A stretch of 64,000 nucleotides of DNA from an uncultured Bdellovibrio sp. (GTDB lineage Bacteria; Bdellovibrionota; Bdellovibrionia; Bdellovibrionales; Bdellovibrionaceae): assembly GCA_963932905.1 (NCBI GenBank), contig CAWVRN010000003.1:32001-96000 (forward strand), written 5' to 3'. Both the position numbers and the translations under genes were made by a program. A model generated the notes under the pieces. That model did no database searches, was not told the DNA's origin, and worked only from the letters and a program-made list of their open reading frames with translations. This document shows, piece after piece, positions 36,000-45,504 of the stretch (positions within the stretch are counted from its first letter, which is position 1; the number at the start of each line of letters is the position of its first letter).

Positions 36000-36605
36000 C
36001 TACTCTCGCATCCTTTGCATTTCGCCAATTTCACGCGCTTGCGTATTTATAATATCCATTGCCATTTCCTTTAAATCCTCACGAGTTAAATGTGGCAATG
36101 ACTGATGGGCCGACGGAATTCCCGAGGCATGATGAGGAATCATGGTGTCGATAAATGCTATATCTAACGCGGCTCCAGACAAAGAACGAAGAGTCATCAT
36201 GTCTTTGTCCATATGAGGGTCTTTCATCATCGGACTATTCGAATTTCCGGTCAGTTGCTTGCGGGCTGCACTTAGAACTCTCAATTCTTCCGTTTGCGCT
36301 AAAATAATTTTCTGAGCCAGTGAACGAAGTTCTGAATTTGATCCACGTGCTACAACTTCTTTAGCCATTTCAACTGCCATCATATGGTGGGGTTGAAACA
36401 TATCGATAAATTGAAGGTTTGTTTTAGGGGTATAAGAAACTCGGGTATCGGGGCAACTTTTTCCCACCATTCCACCTCCTGATTCTTTTCCCATAGGAAA
36501 ATTTGAACCAAATGAACCTATCGCCTGAGAATCGATAGCCATAGAAGCGACCGAAACTAGAATAACCGTTAAACTCTTTTTAAGAAATGTAGATTGCGTA
36601 TTCAT
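36000..36605 (-). CDS. DUF305 (CopM-like) periplasmic copper-binding protein
   Basis: FIDM..PHH.MAVEMA and FIDTMIPHH repeats. Confidence 0.85.
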   Translation of the reverse strand: MNTQSTFLKKSLTVILVSVASMAIDSQAIGSFGSNFPMGKESGGGMVGKSCPDTRVSYTPKTNLQFIDMFQPHHMMAVEMAKEVVARGSNSELRSLAQKIILAQTEELRVLSAARKQLTGNSNSPMMKDPHMDKDMMTLRSLSGAALDIAFIDTMIPHHASGIPSAHQSLPHLTREDLKEMAMDIINTQAREIGEMQRMRE

Positions 36606-36735
36606 ATTTTTTACCTCGTTGTTTTTAAGTTTTGAGTGTTAAGTAATTCGCTTATCGAAAACCTTTTGTAGAATTTTCCAAGAGAATGGTACCTATATAC
36701 CCTACTAACCCGCTATACAAAGCAGGCAGTTTGAT

Positions 36736-37224
36736 TTAGTGTTTTTCAGTCATTTTTTTTAGCTTTTCTTTTTCCTGCCCTTGTTTTTGAGCCGTTTGCA
36801 AAGCAAACTGTTTTATCTTTTCGTTTTTTATTTCGGGCGACATTTTTTCAACCATATCAATCCCATCTTGGTGGTGCTTAGCCATCATTTCGGAAAAAGC
36901 TGCGTCGAATGCGTGCCCCTTTGAACTTTCTAAATCTTTCATATCCATCATGGGCATTTCCGAAGAACTCTTTTGCACTGAAGAAAACAGTTCTTTGCGC
37001 CACGATTTCATTTGATCAATTTCTTTAGATTGATCTTTCACCATCATTCGAGCCATTTTTTTAAGTTCTGGATTTTCGGCCTTTTTTTCAGCCATTTTCG
37101 CCATCTTAATCGCATCCATATGGTGTTCGCTGAATTGATCCAGGAATTTAGCATCGGTCGGAACAGATGTCTGAGCAAAAGCTGCAAAACAGAAAAATAC
37201 CGCCGCTGTACAAATTGACTTCAT
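36736..37224 (-). CDS. DUF305 (CopM-like) periplasmic protein
   Basis: EHH.DAI.MA...Q..EI..M; F..MM.KHH. Confidence 0.85.
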   Translation of the reverse strand: MKSICTAAVFFCFAAFAQTSVPTDAKFLDQFSEHHMDAIKMAKMAEKKAENPELKKMARMMVKDQSKEIDQMKSWRKELFSSVQKSSSEMPMMDMKDLESSKGHAFDAAFSEMMAKHHQDGIDMVEKMSPEIKNEKIKQFALQTAQKQGQEKEKLKKMTEKH

Positions 37225-37257
37225 AAATCCTCCTTCAAGGGCTTTGTTAATATATAT

Positions 37258-37734
37258 TTATAGTCGATTAAGAATGGCCTTCATTTGGTCAACTTCCTTC
37301 TGCTGGCCTTGCATAATCGTACTGCAAAGATTTTTAATTTCTTCATCGTTGATATTTGCTTCTTTGCACATGAGAATCGCACCTGCGTGGTGCGGAATCA
37401 TAGAACGTAGAAATTGTTTGTCTCCGACGCCTGATTGAAAACGAATCAGCGCGAAGAATAAGACCCCTGCCAGGATGCTTGACACTACAATCGCTAAGTT
37501 CTTCTTTTTGTTTGGATACATCATTTTCATCAAAACCATTTCAATAAAAACCATCGGCGCAGTCATAAGTGCCGCCATATAAACCTGATTAAAACTGCTG
37601 TAGACATTCTCAAAACGATCAACCATCGAGTACATCAGGACATACATCGAAATAAACGAGAGTACGGTCATGATGGCTAGATGCTTGTAGTGCATGTTGC
37701 CGTGATCATTGTGATCCATATTTTTGCCCTGCAT
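37258..37734 (-). CDS. Membrane-anchored DUF305 protein (Met-rich TMs)
   Basis: Three Met-rich TMs, then FLRSMIPHHAGAILMC; start moved to MQGK. Confidence 0.85.
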   Translation of the reverse strand: MQGKNMDHNDHGNMHYKHLAIMTVLSFISMYVLMYSMVDRFENVYSSFNQVYMAALMTAPMVFIEMVLMKMMYPNKKKNLAIVVSSILAGVLFFALIRFQSGVGDKQFLRSMIPHHAGAILMCKEANINDEEIKNLCSTIMQGQQKEVDQMKAILNRL

Positions 37735-37880
37735 AGTTACCCCCAATTTAACTCGAAAAAAAATAGATTCAGGGAATAATTCCCCGAACAACCTAAATTC
37801 CCACTGTTAAAATATAAGGAGCAAATTCAAAGCCAAGTATTGGTTTGATGACTAAATACTGCGACGCTGCCGCTAGAAAA

Positions 37881-40154
37881 TTAAAACTGATATTCTATGC
37901 CAGCGCCGATACTGTTTCTCGTAAACATGAAACCTGCGGTCCAGGACCAACTAGAAGAATACATAAGAGAAGATTCAATTTCGAGTTCGGATTCTCCACC
38001 TTGATCACCCGGTCGCCAAGTTACTTCAACATCTGAGAGTATATTCGTTGTCCACTGAAACTTTCTATTTACGTCTAAGCGAAACTGACCCTTGTGATTA
38101 ATTAGAAAGTTGGTCTCAAATAAGAATGGTAGTGTGTATCCTATTCCCGCGACCCCATAATATTTTGTGCCGTAACTGGTTCCACCTAATACTAGATTAG
38201 TCCAATTACTTATCCATCTCCGATACAGTAAATCGCCTTCGGCTTCCCAATTTTTTTCGAAAGAAAAATTTTTTCCTTCTCTGTTTGCCCCTTCAATCCT
38301 TGCGTCAACTTGGTTCCAACTCTGGGAAACCCTAAAGGCACCTTGTGCGTGATTAGACGAAAGTTCTAACTTTCCCTTGGTATACCAAGGGTCAACCCGA
38401 TGATGATCCATTTTTTCGTGGGCAAGGATTTCAGGAGGGGAAATGAAATTTGAGTATTTCACAACTTTCGCCATCCCAGCGTCCATATGATAAAGATTAT
38501 GACAATGTAACATCCACTGCCCAGGCTCATCCGCATAAAAAACAATGGTTCTTGACGACATTGGCGGAACATCAACTGTGTGCTTAAGGGGAGAGAAATC
38601 GCCATTTTCGTTTATAACCCGAAAAAAATGTCCATGAAGATGCATCGGGTGATGCATCATACTGTTATTTTGATAAGTAATGCGAACAACCTCGCCTGGG
38701 TTGATAATAATAGTTCGATCCTCCATTATCGTTTTCCCATTGATAAGCCAGACATAGCGTCTCATATCTCCATCTAGAACTAATTTTAGTTCATGAACTT
38801 TTACATTTTTCGGTAAACTCATAGGATTTAGCGCCTTTAAATTATCAACATTCAGCAATTCAACAGGTGCGTCTTTACTATCCTTTTTTTCTTCAGCAGG
38901 TTTGGTCGAATGATTCATGCCTGGCATGTTGTCCATTTCGCTTTCAGTTTCCATGGTGTGACTAGAATTTGGTTTCGATTTTGATTCACTTCCATGTTTC
39001 AAACTTTGTTCTTTACCATTCATATCCATATTCATATTTGAATGATCAACTTCTTTTGTTTTAGACGACTCTTCTTTCCCCATCGAAGAATGATCCATCG
39101 TAGACATTCCTGAATGCTCCATCACCGAATACAAATCGGGCTTTTCAACATCAGGCGCTAGGATTTTTTTTCCCATACCGATCCATCCAGATGAAAAACC
39201 GGTTCCATCTTGTGCAGTGGCGCGTAGCTCATAATTACTATGGTCTGGTACTTGAAAAAGGATGTCGTAAGTTTCAGCCATTCCAATGAGAACTTCATTT
39301 GCGCTTATGGGCTCTACGTCAATACCATCGGCCGAAATAATTTTCATAGGAAGTCCACCTAGAGACACTCGAAAGTAAGTAGAAGAGGCTGCATTCACAA
39401 TTCTGATTCGAATCTTTTCTCCTGGATGAGCTTCTAGAAGCTGCACGTCACGCTTGCCGTTAATTAGAAATGCATCATACCCGACATCTGAAAGATCCAT
39501 GCCCCCCATGCGTGACCACTCATTCCGAAACTGATTTTTCAGTTTTCCGGACTCAATAGCTCCAAAGTAAGAGCGCATCGTACCTTTTTTAAAGGTGTAG
39601 TAATCGCCATCTTTTTTTAGATTTCTCAGAATTTGATCCGCATTCTCATCCGACCAATCACTTAAAACAGCCACGATTTCCTTATCGGTTTTAATCGTTT
39701 CTTTTCTTGGGTGAATGACAATCGCACCATAAACGCCCTTTTGCTCTTGAAGCATTGTATGCGAGTGATACCAATAGGTTCCGTTTTGCCGAATCTTAAA
39801 CTTAAAAGTTCGTGACTGACCCCGGTAAATTGGAGGGGTATTTACAAAAGGAACGCCATCTTCTAAGGGCGGAAGCAAAATACCGTGCCAATGAATCGAA
39901 ACATCTTCGCCCGTCGGTATACTATTTTTTACCGTAATTTCGGCGTCATCTCCTTCGGTAAATTCAAGTGTCGGCGCCGGTATTCCTCCATTTACAAGTA
40001 TGGAAAAATCAACTTCCTTTTTTCCGGTAATATTAACTGGAGACTGAGTCACGTTTAGTTCATAACGGACCACTTTAGCAGTGGCCCGCTGACAAAATAA
40101 AATTACAAGAATGTTTAGACTAAAAATTAGAGCTCTCAAAAAAACCTCCCTCAA
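37881..40154 (-). CDS. Multicopper oxidase (PcoA/CopA-like) with Met/His linker and C-terminal beta-barrel-like domain
   Basis: HWHG, YWYHSH, HPMHLHGH, HCHNLYHM; C-terminal amphipathic strands ending GIEYQF. Confidence 0.9.
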   Translation of the reverse strand: MREVFLRALIFSLNILVILFCQRATAKVVRYELNVTQSPVNITGKKEVDFSILVNGGIPAPTLEFTEGDDAEITVKNSIPTGEDVSIHWHGILLPPLEDGVPFVNTPPIYRGQSRTFKFKIRQNGTYWYHSHTMLQEQKGVYGAIVIHPRKETIKTDKEIVAVLSDWSDENADQILRNLKKDGDYYTFKKGTMRSYFGAIESGKLKNQFRNEWSRMGGMDLSDVGYDAFLINGKRDVQLLEAHPGEKIRIRIVNAASSTYFRVSLGGLPMKIISADGIDVEPISANEVLIGMAETYDILFQVPDHSNYELRATAQDGTGFSSGWIGMGKKILAPDVEKPDLYSVMEHSGMSTMDHSSMGKEESSKTKEVDHSNMNMDMNGKEQSLKHGSESKSKPNSSHTMETESEMDNMPGMNHSTKPAEEKKDSKDAPVELLNVDNLKALNPMSLPKNVKVHELKLVLDGDMRRYVWLINGKTIMEDRTIIINPGEVVRITYQNNSMMHHPMHLHGHFFRVINENGDFSPLKHTVDVPPMSSRTIVFYADEPGQWMLHCHNLYHMDAGMAKVVKYSNFISPPEILAHEKMDHHRVDPWYTKGKLELSSNHAQGAFRVSQSWNQVDARIEGANREGKNFSFEKNWEAEGDLLYRRWISNWTNLVLGGTSYGTKYYGVAGIGYTLPFLFETNFLINHKGQFRLDVNRKFQWTTNILSDVEVTWRPGDQGGESELEIESSLMYSSSWSWTAGFMFTRNSIGAGIEYQF

Positions 40155-40211
40155 GAATTCACGGTTTATGACTCCAAGCGAAGATCGAAAGACGGGACAC
40201 TTGAAACATTT

Positions 40212-41309
40212 CTACAAATATATATTAAACATTAGCCAGCCGAAGTCAGTAGTTTCCTGCATATAAGACTTTTCCTTTCCTAAGAAAAGCATCAAATCAA
40301 AATGCGGATAAGGAAGCCACTGAGCACCAACTCCATAAGAGTCAAGCTGAGAATTTCGGTCAGAATTATCTAAGTTAGAACGATCAAATTGAATAAACGG
40401 AGTGAGACCCTTGACGGCTTCATAGCCGAGCCGTGAAAAGGAGGCATAGCCTCTTTGATGACTGGAATCACTTTTAAGAGTTTTATCTTGAAGAAAAACT
40501 TCTGTGTTCAAAAACAGTTTTTCGGTAATACTTATGGTCGCGTAGGGACCAAAAACAGTTCTATCGAAATCGCTTTGTCTGCCTTGGTAGGCACTTAAGC
40601 CAAGCCTAGAATTGTTTTTCCAAAAGTAACTTGAATTAAGAGAAACGCCTTGATCTTTTTTGACTGATTTTTCTTCTGGCGAATTCGAAATTAAAGTCAG
40701 TGTTTGATTGAACGATTCGCCAATGTAGTTCATCTCCAAATTGTAGGACTCAGATCCTTGGTCCCAACCTAATCCTCTGCGGGTGGCAGTGACATGATCC
40801 GGTCCGTTTAACCCAAATGACTGCATAAACTTTCCGATGCGGCCCACGACTTGATCAGTAAAGCGGTAAAGCGCGTAATGCCTACGAGAGAAAAATTCTT
40901 TTAAATCCTGAGAACTGTCATTTGCTCGAAAACCAAAAGTTGAGATGATCGCAAATTTCTCAAAATCAGCTCCAACCTCATAGTCTGCCTGCATGGGCAC
41001 AAACTTGGCCTTTTCAACTTTTGGAGTGTTTCGAAAAGTTTGCACACCTCGAAAAAAAATCTGTTGTCTTAACCATTGGATCTTTGATTCATCCTCAGGA
41101 TTAGAGAACAAAAATCCAGAGATTTTTGTGGAACCCCAGGTGCTCATCAATTCGTTAGAAAGTGATCTTCCGTAGAGAGTTAGAACTCCTCCGCCAGATG
41201 GAGAAACATGGCAAGCCGTGCATGAAAAATACCCATGCCGTACATTTTCAGGAAAAGCACGAGCTTTAAAACCACATAAAAAAGAGATTAGAATTAAAAA
41301 AGACTTCAC
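40212..41309 (-). CDS. Porin-like beta-barrel with N-terminal CxxCH heme motif
   Basis: Signal peptide; SCTACHVSPSGGG.L..YG; aromatic-rich strands. Confidence 0.7.
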   Translation of the reverse strand: MKSFLILISFLCGFKARAFPENVRHGYFSCTACHVSPSGGGVLTLYGRSLSNELMSTWGSTKISGFLFSNPEDESKIQWLRQQIFFRGVQTFRNTPKVEKAKFVPMQADYEVGADFEKFAIISTFGFRANDSSQDLKEFFSRRHYALYRFTDQVVGRIGKFMQSFGLNGPDHVTATRRGLGWDQGSESYNLEMNYIGESFNQTLTLISNSPEEKSVKKDQGVSLNSSYFWKNNSRLGLSAYQGRQSDFDRTVFGPYATISITEKLFLNTEVFLQDKTLKSDSSHQRGYASFSRLGYEAVKGLTPFIQFDRSNLDNSDRNSQLDSYGVGAQWLPYPHFDLMLFLGKEKSYMQETTDFGWLMFNIYL

Positions 41310-41899
41310 TTCACGATCTTCAAATCAACATTAATTTCTACTTCATCAGCAACTTTAATACCAATATAAGATGGAATATCAATTTTATGTGAAGTGATAG
41401 TGGTTTTTGTTTTTGCCTTTACAAGAATTTTTTTCTCGGTGGACTCGATATCAAACAATCCTTCAACATCAGATTCAGTATCATGAATTTTAAGTTTGCC
41501 TTTAAAAGGTAAGTCCTTATATACGAAAGTTGAGTTTATGGGGCTCTTCTCTAGTTTCAATTCTGAAATTTTCAATTCAGCATTTGGATATTTATCCGTT
41601 TGCAAATACTTATTTTTCATATGCTCATCACGAAGATCCACGCCAGTCGTAATTTCACTTAATGGTACAATAAAGTTGCCTGAGATTAGGGAATTATCTA
41701 TTTCCACCAATCCAGTCATTTTTCCACCCTTTCCATTAATTTTTAAAAGACTAGGTTTTCCAATAGCGATAAACTCTACCTGTGACTCTTGATCTTTAAT
41801 TTCAATTGTTTTTTTTAATATAACTGGAGCTTCTGTCTTATTCTCTTTTGCAAACAGACCAGCCGCAATAAAGACAAAACACAACAAATATTTTCCCAT
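41306..41899 (-). CDS. YceI-family lipid/quinone-binding protein
   Basis: TG..LRDEHM...YL...KYP.A; G.L.IH; start moved to MGKYLL. Confidence 0.88.
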   Translation of the reverse strand: MGKYLLCFVFIAAGLFAKENKTEAPVILKKTIEIKDQESQVEFIAIGKPSLLKINGKGGKMTGLVEIDNSLISGNFIVPLSEITTGVDLRDEHMKNKYLQTDKYPNAELKISELKLEKSPINSTFVYKDLPFKGKLKIHDTESDVEGLFDIESTEKKILVKAKTKTTITSHKIDIPSYIGIKVADEVEINVDLKIVK

Positions 41900-41912
41900 A
41901 CTTCCCTCGCAG

Positions 41913-43130
41913 TTATTCAATTACAAACGAACCGGCTGTTGGCTTACCTACACCGTGAAACCCACACGAAAACTTAAATTTTCCTTTTTTATCAAACGCA
42001 ATGGTTTTCTTTGCAAAACCATTTCTATCTGCCATTAGCTCAATTCCTAAATCTACAGACGTAAATTTAAACATTTTATCTGTCGCTTTTAATTTAAGAT
42101 CAGCCACTTGTCCTTGCCTCACTTCAATTTTACTTAACGAGCAAGTCCCGTCTGGTTTACCTTCTACTACTATTTCTAAATCTGCAATTCTTACTAAATC
42201 GACAATCTCTTTTCGTTGAGACTCGCCCGCAATATCAAACGCTGTTTTTCCCAGTGCATTTCTAATTTTCCTATCTGGATTACCTTCGAGAATTTGGTCC
42301 ACAACCCGACTATCCCCATTTTTTACTGCATACATTAACGCCGTGTTGCCTAGTTCATCCTGAGTATTGAAATCGGCATCAAGAGCAATAAATGTTTCAT
42401 AGACATCTGCAACACCCATTTTTGCTGCTTTAATCAACGCATTTTCTTTGTGGGCATCCAAAGTGTCTACGTAGGCTCCACTCGAGACTAGCAAATCTAA
42501 AACCTTTGGGGTTTTTGAGTAAAGTGATCGATACGAACTAGACGTATTTTGTCCGCATGTTGGTTCAACGGCAAACATCAAAGGGGTACAGCCATTTATA
42601 TCTGCCAAATTAACATTAGCTCCGCAATCAAGGGCGGTTTGTACTAAATCTAAATCCGAGGCTCTAATAGCCTTTAGTAAGAACAACTCTTTTTCGGCTT
42701 CAGTCGGGCACACGGGACGCGCAGGAAGATCCCCACTAATTTCACATTGAACGGGTTGATTAATAATTTTAGAGTCGTAGTTCATAACTACATTTTTAAC
42801 CATGCCCGTTTGATCGAGTTCGAAAGTCAAATTTCGTTTTTCAGCCAAAGAACCCTTAAATACAATTTTGTTTAGGTAGGTAGAAACAGAATCTGATAAA
42901 TCTATACCCGTATAAGAGGTGCCCGTTGAGAAAAAATATTTAATCGTTGCACGGTAGAAAGGCCCAAAGTTTTTAAAAATTCCTTTTTCGTCTTGTTTTA
43001 TTTCCACTTCGAATTTGGCATTTTCACTCGCATTTATATCATTTGTCTTACCTTCACACAATATACTCAACGAATGAGCGGATGAAATTAATACAAAAAA
43101 TATCAGAAAAAAAACTCTACTTTGTTTCAT
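41913..43130 (-). CDS. Secreted ankyrin-repeat protein with C-terminal cupredoxin-like domain
   Basis: GCTPLMFA, ENALIKAA, GNTALMYA, GKTAFDIA; tail KGKFKFSCGFHG...G.FVIE. Confidence 0.75.
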   Translation of the reverse strand: MKQSRVFFLIFFVLISSAHSLSILCEGKTNDINASENAKFEVEIKQDEKGIFKNFGPFYRATIKYFFSTGTSYTGIDLSDSVSTYLNKIVFKGSLAEKRNLTFELDQTGMVKNVVMNYDSKIINQPVQCEISGDLPARPVCPTEAEKELFLLKAIRASDLDLVQTALDCGANVNLADINGCTPLMFAVEPTCGQNTSSSYRSLYSKTPKVLDLLVSSGAYVDTLDAHKENALIKAAKMGVADVYETFIALDADFNTQDELGNTALMYAVKNGDSRVVDQILEGNPDRKIRNALGKTAFDIAGESQRKEIVDLVRIADLEIVVEGKPDGTCSLSKIEVRQGQVADLKLKATDKMFKFTSVDLGIELMADRNGFAKKTIAFDKKGKFKFSCGFHGVGKPTAGSFVIE

Positions 43131-43154
43131 ATAAAAACCTTTCAGAAGGAACCC

Positions 43155-43832
43155 TTAATCTTTGGCTCCATTATCAATCCATTTACGAATAATTTTCTTA
43201 GCTTCATCACTCAGAGGTGAATAGCCCTCCTTCGCAGAAGGCATTCTCTTATCGTCAGTACGTTCAAGAGCTATGATTAGACCGGATTCGTCAGCGTTTC
43301 CCGGAATAATAAGTTCTAGTGGCGAATCCAATAAAGACTGTTTATCCAATAAAATCCGCTTACCTGTTCCAGTTTCGTTGTGACAGTCTTTGCACGAAAC
43401 TTGAAAAACATTTTTATTGATCGACTCAAAGGTGGGTAACATAGGCTCAATCACTATCGGAGGCGTTCCATCTTCAGGTAGCTCTTGAGCTCCCTTTTCA
43501 AGCCAGTTCCATAAATATGACAGCTCTTCTTGCGTCAATACACCTTTTTTAGGCATCGTTTTTTCTAGAAAAACGCTCTTCTTAATCAATGCTACATTTT
43601 TTACAACTTCATTATAGCTTTCCAAATTCACGTTTCCAGATGAACCATGACAAGATACACATTTAGGTGAAAATATTTTTTGAGCTATCAAACTATAGGA
43701 TAACTGAGACAACTTTTCAGCAGGTAAAGAAAATTCCTGCTTTAAATTTTCAGGTTTTTCTTTGAGCTTTGTATAGTTACAGCTCGTAACAAAAAAAACC
43801 ATAGTGAAAAAAATAAAAATAAATTGCCTCAT
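43155..43832 (-). CDS. Diheme cytochrome c lipoprotein (planctomycete-cytochrome-like domains)
   Basis: Lipobox VTSC; CVSCH and CKDCH, each followed by MP...W...GA. Confidence 0.85.
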   Translation of the reverse strand: MRQFIFIFFTMVFFVTSCNYTKLKEKPENLKQEFSLPAEKLSQLSYSLIAQKIFSPKCVSCHGSSGNVNLESYNEVVKNVALIKKSVFLEKTMPKKGVLTQEELSYLWNWLEKGAQELPEDGTPPIVIEPMLPTFESINKNVFQVSCKDCHNETGTGKRILLDKQSLLDSPLELIIPGNADESGLIIALERTDDKRMPSAKEGYSPLSDEAKKIIRKWIDNGAKD

Positions 43833-43849
43833 TTATTTAGCTCTCTATC

Positions 43850-44437
43850 TTACTGAACTATTTCTGCTGATATAAATGTCCCATCCAGCTTTAAATAGAT
43901 GTTCAATTTTTCTGTTGTAGCAGAAGATGTCACTTGACCTCTGGCAACAGGTTGGCCCTTTAACACTCCTTTAGTTAGAGTAAAAGCGGTAGCTGCTTTA
44001 TCAAATAAACCAACTTTCGGATCTTTTGCATTTTCAAGGACATAGTGAAGCGCGTTTTCGGTAAGCTCTCCCGCAGACTTTTCTGTCCAACCTATATCTG
44101 GCCCTGAAACTCCATTAGGCAATAACTGAAAAGAGAGTGGTTTTCCATCATCATCAAAAGCAATATCCATCTGAACCGGATTTCCTTGGACTGGGACAGT
44201 TTGTGATACCCTTACTCTGTAATAAACAGGAGCTTGATTTTGCACAACCTCTACTTCAATTTTATCTAGTTTTTTTAAAAAAGATCCATCAATTTTATTT
44301 AAAGCGACAAGACGGTCGATTCTATGAGCAGCCAATTCAATTGCCTTCGCGCTAGTAACACCCGCTACACCACCATGAGAATACGCATTTAAACTTAATA
44401 ACACCCCAGTCATTGCTGCCATTGCTAACTTTATCAT
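43850..44437 (-). CDS. Secreted hypothetical protein with predicted mature N-terminal His and internal duplication
   Basis: AAAAGGAG RBS; AYS-HGG cleavage; SA....E.A.H repeats. Confidence 0.7.
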   Translation of the reverse strand: MIKLAMAAMTGVLLSLNAYSHGGVAGVTSAKAIELAAHRIDRLVALNKIDGSFLKKLDKIEVEVVQNQAPVYYRVRVSQTVPVQGNPVQMDIAFDDDGKPLSFQLLPNGVSGPDIGWTEKSAGELTENALHYVLENAKDPKVGLFDKAATAFTLTKGVLKGQPVARGQVTSSATTEKLNIYLKLDGTFISAEIVQ

Positions 44438-44474
44438 ATCAGTACTCCTTTTTAATAAATACAAACTCTATTTT

Positions 44475-44801
44475 TTAACTTTGCCCTTTCATAAGGGATA
44501 AAATTTCTTCTAACTTTTCTTCTGCGACACCGGTATCCCGACTTTTTATAGCGGCTTTTACACATTGCCTTATGTGCCCTTCCGCGATACTAAACTCCAA
44601 TCCTTTTAATGCTGAGCGAATGGACTTAATTTGAACAATTATCTCGGGACAGTATTTTCTATCTATGATCATTCGCTCAATACCATCTACCTGGCCTTTG
44701 ATTCGGCTCAATCGACGCAACTCAGCGCTATGATCATGGCCGATTTTTTTCGCAGAAGACTTATCTTTTCTCTTTTTAGTACTATTATCTAGTTCCATCA
44801 C
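44475..44801 (-). CDS. csoR: CsoR/RcnR-family metal-sensing repressor
   Basis: RL.RI.GQ..GI..M....YC..I..Q; H...C (C-H-C fingerprint). Confidence 0.9.
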   Translation of the reverse strand: MMELDNSTKKRKDKSSAKKIGHDHSAELRRLSRIKGQVDGIERMIIDRKYCPEIIVQIKSIRSALKGLEFSIAEGHIRQCVKAAIKSRDTGVAEEKLEEILSLMKGQS

Positions 44802-44818
44802 CTATACCTACTCAGACC

Positions 44819-44848
44819 ATAGGTATAGGGGGTATACCTATTTGTCAA
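44819..44848 (-). promoter_or_regulatory. CsoR-type operator ATAGGTATA-GGGGG-TATACCTAT next to TTGACA
   Basis: Perfect 9-bp IR flanking a G5 tract (44819-44841); minus-strand TTGACA at 44843-44848. Confidence 0.75.
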
Positions 44849-44904
44849 ATATTTATACAAAACTTTCTTTGTATCAAAATAAAACAACATATTTTTGTAA
44901 AACT

Positions 44905-44932
44905 TGTCACATTCGGACCTTCTCCCTCGTAT
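44905..44932 (+). promoter_or_regulatory. ECF promoter TGTCACA-N15-TCGTAT
   Basis: Exact motif upstream of 45012. Confidence 0.8.
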
Positions 44933-45011
44933 TTATCTATTGAGTATCTTAATTTTTAATTTCAATATTTGTTTTGATAGAGTTTAAAAGTTTTACATAA
45001 AGGAGCATATC

Positions 45012-45440
45012 GTGATGATTTTAAAAACTACTAGCTTGGCAATACTCTTTCTATGCACTGAATTAGCTTTGGCGCATGGCGAAGATAAACAAGGACCTAA
45101 TGGCGGGTTCATTCGAATGCCGGGTGCTTTTCACACGGAAGTTTTACTCACCAGCCCCAATGCTCTAAAGGTATTCCTTTTAGATATAGAATGGGCGAAT
45201 CCATCAGTGAACAAATCCGATTTGCAAATTGTACACAGCAGTAAAGAAAAGGCGGATTGTAAAATTAAGGAAAATTTTTATACCTGTGTTTTTCCAAAAA
45301 GTGTAAATCTGAAAAAGAAAGGAAGTCTTAAGGTAAACGCAACCAGAGAGAGTCAAAAGGGAAATGAAGTTTCCTACCCCCTTCCGTTAAAGCTAGAAGT
45401 TGTGGATGATGGACATACCGAACATCACGGGAATCATTAA
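45012..45440 (+). CDS. Secreted His-rich putative metal-binding protein
   Basis: ALA-HGEDKQGPNGG; C-terminal HTEHHGNH. Confidence 0.7.
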   Translation: MMILKTTSLAILFLCTELALAHGEDKQGPNGGFIRMPGAFHTEVLLTSPNALKVFLLDIEWANPSVNKSDLQIVHSSKEKADCKIKENFYTCVFPKSVNLKKKGSLKVNATRESQKGNEVSYPLPLKLEVVDDGHTEHHGNH

Positions 45441-45504
45441 ATAAAGAGAATTATCCACGATTACTTGTGTGCAGACGTTAAAAATTTTTTTAAGGATTTC
45501 ATAA

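Noticed and set aside
40170..40199. Second ECF-like motif TGTCCCG (also 63393-63399)
   Set aside because: Only two copies with inconsistent -10 boxes.
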